Positions 45,002-53,647 of a stretch of 64,000 bases of DNA are shown in pieces (positions within the stretch are counted from its first letter, which is position 1; the number at the start of each line of letters is the position of its first letter). The stretch is taken from the IMG/VR virus record IMGVR_UViG_3300034072_002211, positions 186,001 to 250,000 of that record. The stretch is one strand, 5' to 3'. The position numbers and the translations under genes are program-made. The notes under the pieces were generated by a model, which was not told the origin of the DNA, did not search any database, and was given only the letters and a program-made list of their open reading frames with translations.

Positions 45002-45538
45002 ATGGCGTATGTCGTTTTTCGTTTTGTAAAACCAAACAGCTTGACTGGAAAGTTGATCTGCTGGAGACTGGGAGAACCATGGAGTCATGTTGTGGTCCTC
45101 TTCGATGAAGCCGCGTTTAGCTCTGAAATTCCAAAGGTTGTAGAAAGGCCACTGATCCATAAATCAGTAGCAATGCCACCCCGCGAAGGGAGAGATGTTA
45201 TCCTTGAAGTCACTACTTCCGATTATGAAAAGATGAAAGATTGGTGTGAGTCCCAGCTTGGAAAGACCTACGACTTTGCAAGCATTCTCGGATGGCTTTT
45301 TGGATGGTCTTGGCTACAATGTCGCAAGAACACCTATTGTTTTGAATATGTGAGAGAATGTCTAGAGCACATGGGTTGGCTCAAGCCCAATGACGCTTTG
45401 ATCAAAGGCAATCGTCTAATTCAAGACATTGAAGCTCTTATTGAAACCCATGTGACCTCACAGGCCCAATCTCAGATTATGGGCATTGGCTCAACTGTTG
45501 ATACCCGTGACGATGATCAGACAGACAAGGCAGGATAA
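45002..45538 (+). CDS. permuted papain-like amidase (YiiX/YaeF-like)
   Basis: WSHV (His) N-terminal to GKTYD...YCFEYV (Cys). Confidence 0.75.
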   Translation: MAYVVFRFVKPNSLTGKLICWRLGEPWSHVVVLFDEAAFSSEIPKVVERPLIHKSVAMPPREGRDVILEVTTSDYEKMKDWCESQLGKTYDFASILGWLFGWSWLQCRKNTYCFEYVRECLEHMGWLKPNDALIKGNRLIQDIEALIETHVTSQAQSQIMGIGSTVDTRDDDQTDKAG

Positions 45539-45626
45539 GAGAAACAGCTTCTCCCATCCCGCCAGTTTTTCTATGGGCTCAGGAAGTCTCATGCTGCGAA
45601 GTTTTGCGACGCAGCATGAGGTCCAG

Positions 45627-45899
45627 TCAAATGGTTATTGTGATGTCCCGCTTGATGGGATCTTTGACCATGTATGAGACGGAGTGAATCTCGATCTCCC
45701 GATGGAAGTTCTCTTCCAAGCGGTGGAGATTCTCTTGCGCCATCTCACATGCCAGCGACGTGGTAACGCCGCCGCGGGTGCGAATGCCCTTGTAGCTGGA
45801 TCCCTTGGTCACAGTCTTGGTCCAGCGACCCAGCCGAAAGTTCCAGACTTCGTTGTTCCTGACGTCAATGACGACGTAGCGGGGAATAGGCTGGGTCAT
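45627..45899 (-). CDS. hypothetical phage protein
   Basis: operonic ORF. Confidence 0.7.
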   Translation of the reverse strand: MTQPIPRYVVIDVRNNEVWNFRLGRWTKTVTKGSSYKGIRTRGGVTTSLACEMAQENLHRLEENFHREIEIHSVSYMVKDPIKRDITITI

Positions 45900-46313
45900 T
45901 CAGGCCTCCGCGCTCTCAGATGCGCTCTCAGGGAGCATGGGCTTGTGGACGAGTGCGACATACACGAACTTGATATAGGGACTCTCGAGGGCCCGCAGGG
46001 CTTCAGCGAGTCCTTCGAAGCGGTCCAGCTGATCTGCTTCGTCGACGATCACGATGCCGCCATTGTTGAGCTCGATCTGGACCGCTTCCTTGCCGCTGTC
46101 CAGGCAGGCCAGTCGAATATCCGTCACGGGGAAGGGATACTTGGCTTCCTTGCTGGTTTCTTCGAGGCGCGCGGTGGTATAGGTGACCACGCCGTTACCG
46201 ACCGAACGATTGATGAACACCGAGGTCTCGTCGCCGTAGAGTAGCGCCAAGAGAGCCTGGTCGATAGCTTCGAAGCGCGAGTCCTGATATCCGGTTGCGT
46301 CAACGAGCAGCAT
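45900..46313 (-). CDS. hypothetical phage protein
   Basis: AGGAGATCG RBS and promoter element. Confidence 0.75.
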   Translation of the reverse strand: MLLVDATGYQDSRFEAIDQALLALLYGDETSVFINRSVGNGVVTYTTARLEETSKEAKYPFPVTDIRLACLDSGKEAVQIELNNGGIVIVDEADQLDRFEGLAEALRALESPYIKFVYVALVHKPMLPESASESAEA

Positions 46314-46376
46314 ATTTCCGATCTCCTGTTGTTGTGCCACCAGTCCTAGCAGAAACTGGTGGCATGTCAACACCAA

Positions 46377-46895
46377 TTAATATTCGCGGTCGCTGTCTGC
46401 GATCACATCCGAGGCCCAAATGCGAGCACGGTAGATGCCGGCCTTGCGGGTGGGGTTCGTGAACGTGATCCGGTCGGCCGCAGAGTAGCGACGGCCCGCG
46501 GGCAAGCTGATTACCACGCGATGGTTGAAACGGCTCACGTAGTCGCACGAGCTGAGCGGCTGGCCCAGCGTGTCGCAGCGGTAGAGCTCGCCGTTGAGCT
46601 GGAAGGTTTGGATAAATTCACGGCTCTTGTTCTCGAACGTCCAGTTCATGTCGAACATAGGGCTGAACTCTGCGGGGCGATCGCCGCTCATTTCGTTGAG
46701 GATCGGTTCATCGACCGAGAACTCGTATTGGCTCTCAGGAAGAGTCGATTGGCTGATTACCTTGTCCCAGAGGAACATGGCCAGGCTCACGCCGATAATG
46801 AGAACCATGAGGAGCCGGAAAGTCCGGAACATCGACAGGATTCCAACAATAGCGCCGACCGCGATGGGCGTCGCCCAATCCGACTTGTGTGCCAT
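46377..46895 (-). CDS. membrane-anchored periplasmic protein
   Basis: two N-terminal hydrophobic segments; AGGAGATCG RBS. Confidence 0.75.
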   Translation of the reverse strand: MAHKSDWATPIAVGAIVGILSMFRTFRLLMVLIIGVSLAMFLWDKVISQSTLPESQYEFSVDEPILNEMSGDRPAEFSPMFDMNWTFENKSREFIQTFQLNGELYRCDTLGQPLSSCDYVSRFNHRVVISLPAGRRYSAADRITFTNPTRKAGIYRARIWASDVIADSDREY

Positions 46896-46971
46896 GACCG
46901 ATCTCCTCTGTTGTCACCTCCAATAAACTGACCTTAACACCAGTTTGGGAGACGTCAACCAGGATTTCGAC

Positions 46972-47346
46972 TTAGAGGAGTTTGAAGGAAACTGTGATAA
47001 AGAGATCAGCAGATCCCTGGATCTGTAGATCTGAGCCGATGCTGTTCTTCGCAAGAGCATTCGCAAAGTGTAGGAGGTGCGACAGTGGCATACCCGAACC
47101 CGTGTCGATCTTGACCTCACAATCATCCCCGTCGATGTAGACAGGATAATTGTCCCAAAGCTCAACGCCAGTCTGGCGAGCAATGAGCTGAATGTTCTTT
47201 TCAATGCCACGCTCACGAGTCCAGCGGGCTTCCTCTTCGGCATCACGAGCATCATCGGCATCCTGCTGTTCACGCTCAGCCACGATCTGTTCGATCATTT
47301 CCTCTGCGATTCCTGCGAGCTTTAGCATCCTGCGATAATCCGTCAT
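46972..47346 (-). CDS. hypothetical protein
   Basis: MTDYRRMLKLAGI; promoter element. Confidence 0.7.
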   Translation of the reverse strand: MTDYRRMLKLAGIAEEMIEQIVAEREQQDADDARDAEEEARWTRERGIEKNIQLIARQTGVELWDNYPVYIDGDDCEVKIDTGSGMPLSHLLHFANALAKNSIGSDLQIQGSADLFITVSFKLL

Positions 47347-47423
47347 AGTGTTGTCCTTGTCACCAGTTTCTTCTACTTATCTGGCTACTAGAGTCAACAC
47401 CAGTTTTGGATTTTAGTCAAAAA

Positions 47424-47451
47424 GAAAGCGGGCCGTTTCCAGCCCGCTTTC
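47424..47451 (-). terminator. intrinsic terminator
   Basis: GAAAGCGGG...CCCGCTTTC plus T-tract on the minus strand. Confidence 0.75.
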
Positions 47452-47477
47452 CCTTACCCCTCTAGGGTATGTAGCGA

Positions 47478-47831
47478 TTACTCGCTCTTTTCGGCGACCG
47501 TGACCTCGGCACCTTCGACGGCCAGCTTGTCGTCGGCCGACGCTTCACCGGTGGTCAGGGCGAACCAGCCATACTTGTCGGCGCGCAGGCCGAACTGAGC
47601 GGTCGCGCCGAGGATGCCGGCCGCGCCCAGCTTCTCGAGCTGCTTGTCGGTGATCTCGACCTGGACGCCATTCTTGCCCTTGGTCTGGAGCTCGCTCAGG
47701 ACGTGAGGGCCGGCCTTGCGGTCGGTCGGACGAACCATCAGGGTCCCGTCCTTGACGTCCATACGAAGCTTGGCGCCGTTGCGCCCGTGAATTGCCGAAG
47801 TTGCCTGGGTGTTGAAAGTCAGAATACGCAT
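47478..47831 (-). CDS. AbrB/MazE-like beta-barrel protein, 'KYGWF' paralogue
   Basis: GAKLRMDVKDGTLMVRPTDRK; GLRADKYGWFAL. Confidence 0.75.
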   Translation of the reverse strand: MRILTFNTQATSAIHGRNGAKLRMDVKDGTLMVRPTDRKAGPHVLSELQTKGKNGVQVEITDKQLEKLGAAGILGATAQFGLRADKYGWFALTTGEASADDKLAVEGAEVTVAEKSE

Positions 47832-48087
47832 TTCGATCTCCGTGTTACACAACATAGCCGCCGCCGTGCTGTTGTGGACACATTTAGCGGTCCTGTCCTA
47901 AACGTCAACACCTCTGGAAAGGATTTATCGAAGTTTTTCAAACAGGTGTCACCAAAGTCAAGCAAAAATTGCTGTTTCCTGCGGCAAATGTGCTACTTCA
48001 TAGGTAGCAAGAAAGGACCAAAAAGTTGGCTCTGGTGGACAGCCTATTGAACCAAAGGTAAGTGGATTATGTAGCCAGGACCTAAGT

Positions 48088-48528
48088 TTAGGCGGGCTGG
48101 AGGGCGCAGTGCTCTGGCCACGGTAGAACGCGGTAGCCTTCCTCGAAGTCACCGACGCGGAAGATGTTGCTGTTGGGAAACGGTCCGCGGGAATTGCCGT
48201 AGACATCCACGAACTCCGTGCGATAGAACGAATCCTCGCTGGGAATCTGGCACTCGAAATCACTGTAGATGATCAGAGTGTCGTGATGCGAAATGAAGCG
48301 ATTGTCCATCCACCGGAACACCTCCATGAGGTCGGTGCCGCCGAAGACATTCTGAAACAGAGCTTCATGGCCCGCCGCCTTGACATCACGCCAGCGCCGT
48401 GGCTTGCTGACTTCTGTGCCAAACATGATGATCATATCATCATCCTTGGCGTAGGTCCTGAGCGCGCAAAAGACCTTCTGCCTGACCACGTAGAAGCTGC
48501 CACTGTTGTCGATCGCATGGATTCTCAT
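48088..48528 (-). CDS. VWA-like domain protein
   Basis: AIDNSGS (MIDAS DxSxS), GGTD, IIYSD. Confidence 0.75.
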   Translation of the reverse strand: MRIHAIDNSGSFYVVRQKVFCALRTYAKDDDMIIMFGTEVSKPRRWRDVKAAGHEALFQNVFGGTDLMEVFRWMDNRFISHHDTLIIYSDFECQIPSEDSFYRTEFVDVYGNSRGPFPNSNIFRVGDFEEGYRVLPWPEHCALQPA

Positions 48529-48755
48529 CGACTATACTCCAGTGACTTGTCGGCTATCCACAGGACCAATCGGTCCCATTCAAAGGACTTGTTCGGGCGA
48601 TAGCGATCCACCCATGTCTTGTCGATGGTCACTTGGTCCACTGCCCTGCTGAGCAGCTGGTTGTCCGTGGGATCTATGACAGAACCCCAAGGAACCATAA
48701 AGCTGTAGACTTTCTCTTCGCCAAGAAAGACCTCTACTGGAAAGCGGACGCTCAC
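48525..48755 (-). CDS. hypothetical protein
   Basis: AGGAGATCG RBS. Confidence 0.7.
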   Translation of the reverse strand: MSVRFPVEVFLGEEKVYSFMVPWGSVIDPTDNQLLSRAVDQVTIDKTWVDRYRPNKSFEWDRLVLWIADKSLEYSR

Positions 48756-48804
48756 ATCGATCTCCTTCTAATACTACCCAGAGTTAGCACTAGAAGGAAA
48801 TCTG

Positions 48805-49290
48805 TCAACTAGGATGTGCTTCAGCTTCTCCATTACCCTGCGCCTTGGGTTCGAGGTCAGGGCGAGTCACACCCTCGTCGAAACGCTTCTTGACCAGATA
48901 GGCATGGACCCCGGCGGCCATGATGTGCTGTTCACCCGGAGCGAGATTCACGGCGCCTTCCCTGAGCTGTTCCTGGCAGCGTGGATCATAGTAAGGAAGC
49001 GGAATGTCGTCGGAGGTCCCACGACCCTCTTCCTGCATATCGAACCCGTCATCGAGTATCACGTAGGTAGCATTGACTTCATCATCGCCCGGATGGGCGA
49101 GAGCCATCCCTACCTTACACCCCATATTGGCGGGATTCCAGTCGCCGTTGAGGGCTTCGTCAATCGCAGCGCGCAGAGCCAGAAGACCCTTGCGCCCGCC
49201 GATGATATAGGCATTGTGGTGGTAACGCTGCTGGGGAAAGACCGCCAGGAGACGATCTTCAGCACCCTCGTAGAATTCTTCCTTGTCCAT
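48805..49290 (-). CDS. hypothetical phage protein
   Basis: start MDKEEF after GAGG. Confidence 0.7.
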   Translation of the reverse strand: MDKEEFYEGAEDRLLAVFPQQRYHHNAYIIGGRKGLLALRAAIDEALNGDWNPANMGCKVGMALAHPGDDEVNATYVILDDGFDMQEEGRGTSDDIPLPYYDPRCQEQLREGAVNLAPGEQHIMAAGVHAYLVKKRFDEGVTRPDLEPKAQGNGEAEAHPS

Positions 49291-49303
49291 AATGCCTCGA
49301 ATA

Positions 49304-49332
49304 TTGATCTGGTATCCAAGTCCGTATATAAC
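49304..49332 (+). promoter_or_regulatory. sigma70-type promoter
   Basis: TTGATC-N17-TATAAC. Confidence 0.65.
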
Positions 49333-49338
49333 GAGAAC

Positions 49339-49637
49339 AGTTGGGCAGCAATGCCTAACTTGACTAGCTTCCCTGCTCAGTGGGTCCCTCACTTCCTGGG
49401 GTTACGCGGAAGAGCTGGGTGCCGGGAATGACGGAGGCGCAGTAGGGTTGGCCGACTACACTGGAGCCAAGGGACTGCGGGGAACCTGACAGAACCGTGG
49501 GAATACGAGAGCCCGCCCGATAGGGGCTTCTGTGGTTGCTGGACCACGTAAAACTTGGAACCAGCGCGGGGTAATCCGCCGAGGGCAACGCACCCTCAAG
49601 AGCCGGGCAATGGTCTAGTCAACCGTGCGCCCGGCTC
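49339..49637 (+). ncRNA. structured ncRNA with long-range pseudoknot, unknown class
   Basis: 5' hairpin with GCAA loop, several internal hairpins, 3' hairpin whose loop CTAGTCA complements TGACTAG at 49361-49367. Confidence 0.7.
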
Positions 49638-49659
49638 AATACCCTCGCTAAATAGGAAT

Positions 49660-49751
49660 GGAGGAGACGCCTAATGGGTATGGGCATTCTCGCATATGGG
49701 CAGGCGTAACCAGCGAGAAATGGGAAGCGGGTTCAAATCCCCGCCCCTCCA
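49660..49751 (+). tRNA. tRNA-like element with enlarged 23-nt anticodon loop (pseudo-tRNA)
   Basis: acceptor GGAGGAG/CCCCTCC-A, D-stem GCCT/GGGC, TTCTCGC/GCGAGAA stem, GGGTTCAAATCC T-loop; no canonical anticodon. Confidence 0.55.
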
Positions 49752-50090
49752 CTATACCGAGAAGTCCTCGGTCGGCACATAGCCACTGCCAGGCGATTCC
49801 TGTGCCACAGTAATCATCACCAGCGGATCACGATCCACGGGCTGACCCATGCGCTCAGGCAGCGCAAGGGACCACGTGATGTCCTTGATCCGATACTGCG
49901 AACCGTTGAGGAACACATAGGATCCCTCGGCAGGCAGGGTGACCAGCATTGTGTCGCCCATGATGTGCCAGCGATCCACGTCCTTGGGATCGAGACGCTC
50001 GCCCTTCTCCATGGCCTTCTCGACTTCCTGCTGGACTTCGAGATAGTTCTTTTCGCGCCGGAAGATGACTCCCGTGAAAGCCTCGATCAC
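49752..50090 (-). CDS. hypothetical phage protein
   Basis: GTGA coupling. Confidence 0.7.
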   Translation of the reverse strand: MIEAFTGVIFRREKNYLEVQQEVEKAMEKGERLDPKDVDRWHIMGDTMLVTLPAEGSYVFLNGSQYRIKDITWSLALPERMGQPVDRDPLVMITVAQESPGSGYVPTEDFSV

Positions 50091-50287
50091 GACGCGAAGT
50101 CCGGATCCAGAACGCTCGGAGCCTCGCGACTGGCATCGAACCCCATGCGGTAGTCCGCTGTGCCAGTTTCATATTTGGTATAGAGTTCCATGTGACCCTG
50201 ACCGTAAAAGCGCGTTCCATCGCGCAGTCCGGTCTGGTATTCAGCCTGATTGGTAGGCTGGGCGATCTGGGCGAGAAGCTGTGTCAT
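50087..50287 (-). CDS. small hypothetical protein
   Basis: operonic ORF. Confidence 0.65.
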   Translation of the reverse strand: MTQLLAQIAQPTNQAEYQTGLRDGTRFYGQGHMELYTKYETGTADYRMGFDASREAPSVLDPDFAS

Positions 50288-50318
50288 ACGCTTATGATGT
50301 TTCCTTTATTGGAGTTCG

Positions 50319-50648
50319 TCAAGCGACCAAGCGAATGTCCGCTCGGTTCTCGGTAATGCGCTCGCCGCGGACATTGCCGCGCCAGAGGGAAGCGCAACCC
50401 CAGATCTCGAAAGTGTCCCAGTGGCCTTCCTTGGGATCGCTGTTGCGGCGGTTCAGGCCAGAATTCTGCATCTGCTGGATCTTGGCAAAAGCAATCCGGA
50501 AAAGATCGTCGTCCTTGACGAAGCGCGGATCAGCAGCAGGAAAGGAGAAGTGGCCTACCTGCTCACCCTTGAGGAAGAGTCGGACCACGTGCGGTGGGAG
50601 ACTGGGCCCACGACCGATGTTGCGAAAAACGGGATAATCATGTGCCAT
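50319..50648 (-). CDS. hypothetical protein
   Basis: AGGAGG RBS. Confidence 0.7.
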   Translation of the reverse strand: MAHDYPVFRNIGRGPSLPPHVVRLFLKGEQVGHFSFPAADPRFVKDDDLFRIAFAKIQQMQNSGLNRRNSDPKEGHWDTFEIWGCASLWRGNVRGERITENRADIRLVA

Positions 50649-50784
50649 ATTGTCCTCCTACCGGGCACCAGCGCATTGTGCTTCTGGTTTCTGCCCCGCT
50701 GTCTACTTCACCTGGTTCTATATTCAGGCTGTTAACAGTCAATCGCTGAGTAGGGTTAATGTAATTCTTTTCTTCCAGAGACTG

Positions 50785-50810
50785 GAACGGCGCCCCGCAG
50801 GGCGCCGTTC
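50785..50810 (-). terminator. hairpin terminator
   Basis: GAACGGCGCCC...GGGCGCCGTTC. Confidence 0.7.
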
Positions 50811-50837
50811 TCTATCGGCCTAGCCGACGATCGAGCG

Positions 50838-51131
50838 TTACGCGCTGATCTTGACCGAGGCGCCGCGGCCCTTGTGGTCGGGGGTCAGGGCGAACCAGCC
50901 ATACTTGTCGGCGCGCAGGCCGTAGTTGCCGGCCGGATGCTCCATGCCCTCGATCGAGACCTTGCCGCCGACGACGTCGACGAGCTGCTCGTCCTTCTTG
51001 AGGTTGACGCGCGCCTTGCGCTCGGTCGGGCGGATGAACATGATGCCGTCGCGAACCTGGGCACGAATCTTGGAAGCACCCGAGAAACGGTCGAGACCAC
51101 GGGCTGCGGTATTCAGCGTGAGAGTTGCCAT
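50838..51131 (-). CDS. AbrB/MazE-like beta-barrel protein, 'KYGWF' paralogue
   Basis: IRAQVRDGIMFIRPTERK; GLRADKYGWFAL. Confidence 0.75.
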   Translation of the reverse strand: MATLTLNTAARGLDRFSGASKIRAQVRDGIMFIRPTERKARVNLKKDEQLVDVVGGKVSIEGMEHPAGNYGLRADKYGWFALTPDHKGRGASVKISA

Positions 51132-51420
51132 TGTCGATCTACCTTCTATTGCTGTTCACTTCGAAGGACGTTAGTTGCCTACCGCCCTGGGTTGTGAACA
51201 GCGGGATTGCCGTCCACAGCTCAGAACATAAGTATGCGAAACCAAACGTCAACCGTAAAAACACGCTTTTCTGCGGTTTTCTCCTTGGAATTGGGTGTGT
51301 CAAGCACTTTTTCCGCAGATTTGCGTGGTTTATGACACCAAAAAAATTCACATTTTTCTTGTCCTATACAACAGATGTAGTACGCTGTCCTTTGTATTTG
51401 AGCTGGTTGAAAGCAGGTTA

Positions 51421-51939
51421 ATGACCAAAGATCGATCCGAATCGGACAGCACTTCTCCAGTGAAACCAACCCTTCCGGGTCTCATGGGGAATTACTCAGA
51501 CGAGGAACTCAACGCTCATGTGGTAAAGCACGCCAAGTATTTTACGGTGGTGCAGGTTACCCGAGGTGGGTTCGTGGGTGGCGGTAAGAACTATGATCGC
51601 CATCAAGTCGACACGCTCGAGGATGCCCGAGCAAAGGCCAAAGAGCTCTATGATACAGATCCCTCAAAGCGCGGCATTCTGATCTATGCGGTCGCCGACT
51701 TCGCAGGAGCGAATGGTTTCAGCCGACCGGTGGAGAACTATCCACCGACCACGTATATGACAAAGGGCGACAAGGCCAAGCTTGAGAAGAAGCAGAAAGC
51801 CGAAGCTCGTCAGCGACTGCGCGATGCGCGAATGAACCTCGGGGAAGGACGCATCAACAAGCGCCCAGCGAAGCCCGCTGAGATGTCAGACGATGAGTTT
51901 ATGAACAACCCCGAGCCCATGGTGCGGGTGGAGCCTTAG
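51421..51939 (+). CDS. hypothetical phage protein
   Basis: divergent plus-strand ORF; ATG at 51421. Confidence 0.7.
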   Translation: MTKDRSESDSTSPVKPTLPGLMGNYSDEELNAHVVKHAKYFTVVQVTRGGFVGGGKNYDRHQVDTLEDARAKAKELYDTDPSKRGILIYAVADFAGANGFSRPVENYPPTTYMTKGDKAKLEKKQKAEARQRLRDARMNLGEGRINKRPAKPAEMSDDEFMNNPEPMVRVEP

Positions 51940-52310
51940 GGCTTAGAGAGCTTCTTAGCCGTGTCGTAATCGCGCTTCAGCTTGAGCATTGCCTGCGTAT
52001 CCTCCGCCGTGAGCTTACCCTCGCGGTCGAGTTCCATACACTGGTGCTCAGCATCCTGCCAACGAGTGTGGAGAGCATGGAGGAGAGTTTCTTCCTCCGT
52101 GGGCTGAGCTTCAAGCTTGAGCCCAGAGCTACAAATAACTTCATACCAAGGAACGCCTTTGAGCTCCTCGCCCAAGAGTCCCTGGTCGATGATGTGCTGG
52201 AAACCCTTGTCCAAGCGCATATCTGCAGCCGCTCCAAGCTGCTTGAGCGTGAACGCCTTGTCACCAATGTAGATGAACAGATGATCCAACAGTGGGTCGC
52301 GCTTTGCCAT
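51936..52310 (-). CDS. hypothetical protein
   Basis: 124 aa ORF. Confidence 0.65.
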   Translation of the reverse strand: MAKRDPLLDHLFIYIGDKAFTLKQLGAAADMRLDKGFQHIIDQGLLGEELKGVPWYEVICSSGLKLEAQPTEEETLLHALHTRWQDAEHQCMELDREGKLTAEDTQAMLKLKRDYDTAKKLSKP

Positions 52311-52358
52311 GATTCACCTAAATTGACTGATAAGCCATATTGAGCATACCGTTCTGGT

Positions 52359-52691
52359 ATGTCAAATGAGAACAGCCTCACCAGTATTTACGTCATTGGA
52401 CCTGAGGGTGGTCCCTACAAGATTGGTTATGCCCAGGACCCCAAGGCTCGTCTGAGCAATCTACAGGTGGGGCAGGCTGTTGAGCTCAAGCTTCACTATG
52501 AGGAAGCCACGGAGACAGCGACCGCCAAGGTTATTGAAAAGCTGATCCACAAGCAGATAGCCCATAAGCGAGTGCGTGGCGAATGGTTTGATGTTTCGCT
52601 TGAGGAAGCCATAGGTGAGGTCAGGTTCGCATTCATCCGTTGGGAGGACGAACCGAACCTGACCTTTAGGTATAAGAGGAAGTTGCTTTAG
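52359..52691 (+). CDS. GIY-YIG-like (T5orf172/MUG113) protein
   Basis: IYVI...YKIGY...P..RL..LQ, EKLIH, RVRGEWF. Confidence 0.85.
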   Translation: MSNENSLTSIYVIGPEGGPYKIGYAQDPKARLSNLQVGQAVELKLHYEEATETATAKVIEKLIHKQIAHKRVRGEWFDVSLEEAIGEVRFAFIRWEDEPNLTFRYKRKLL

Positions 52692-53140
52692 GCGCTGAGC
52701 AGCGCCTTCACAACACCGCTGGCCTTGCCCTTGTCGAGCGAGGTGCCGAACGTCGCAGCCAGGTGCGCCATGACGCCGCCCATCTGCTTCATGTTGCGCT
52801 CCGGCAGAGTTGCGATGAAGCTCTCGGCCTCGCCGCGAATCTCATCCTCGCTGGCCATCTGCGGCAGCAGACCCTCGAGGATCTCGAGCTCGCGCAGGCT
52901 GTCGGCGTGGTCGGGCTTGTGGCTCAGGGTGTCCTGGACCTGCTTGATGCCCTTCTGGATGGCGCGCAGAGCGTCCTCGTCGTCGGCCTTGACCGTCGAC
53001 AGATCCTGCTTGGCCTTGACCGCGCGCTCCTTGGCGTTTGCGGTCGCTGCGCTCTGAACACTCAGGAGGGCACCGGCCAGCGGGTCACGCGACTTCCGCA
53101 GTTCGAGGGTTTTCGCGTTCAACTCGGCGAGCACACTCAC
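52688..53140 (-). CDS. GatB/YqeY domain protein
   Basis: ELEILEGLLPQMASEDEI...KQMGGVMAHL...LDKG. Confidence 0.85.
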   Translation of the reverse strand: MSVLAELNAKTLELRKSRDPLAGALLSVQSAATANAKERAVKAKQDLSTVKADDEDALRAIQKGIKQVQDTLSHKPDHADSLRELEILEGLLPQMASEDEIRGEAESFIATLPERNMKQMGGVMAHLAATFGTSLDKGKASGVVKALLSA

Positions 53141-53616
53141 AAGGATTCTCCCTTCACATATCCGACGCTAACCTTGACGTCCAGTCCCTCATAGCAGGTT
53201 CTGAGTCGTTCGCAAGCGGAGTCTACCCTATCTCGACGCCTGAATTGCTTGGCCAGTTTGAGCTCATCCACAAGCTTGGGCGACTTGCGTCCGGTGAGCT
53301 CGTTCTTGATCGTCTTCTCAGGGCGCGGCCTTGGCTTCATATAGGTGGGAACCGTGCCTTTGCGATGATCTCGCGCTGAACGATTACCACGGCGCCAAGA
53401 ATTTGAAAAGTATCCATCCCGGTAGAGCCGGGCATTGTAGCCCGGCTTCTTGGAACCGTCCTTGTTGAAGAAACCCAGGAAGGGCTCTTCATTGGAGACC
53501 TCGACCTCTATGGTTTCGGCGACTTCGCCCGCATAAAAGCGATGCCCTACCTGGATGTAGAAGTAGGAACCCCTTGGTAGCTTTTCATCGCTGCGAAGGA
53601 CTGGTAATTGTGACAT
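53137..53616 (-). CDS. basic hypothetical protein
   Basis: GTGA coupling. Confidence 0.65.
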   Translation of the reverse strand: MSQLPVLRSDEKLPRGSYFYIQVGHRFYAGEVAETIEVEVSNEEPFLGFFNKDGSKKPGYNARLYRDGYFSNSWRRGNRSARDHRKGTVPTYMKPRPRPEKTIKNELTGRKSPKLVDELKLAKQFRRRDRVDSACERLRTCYEGLDVKVSVGYVKGESL

Positions 53617-53647
53617 GGCGCCAGCTTAGAACACTGGCGCCAATATG

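Noticed and set aside
49660-49751. Assignment of a specific tRNA isotype, e.g. Met/Ile from CAT or Sec
   Set aside because: No 5-bp stem with 7-nt loop places any triplet at positions 34-36.
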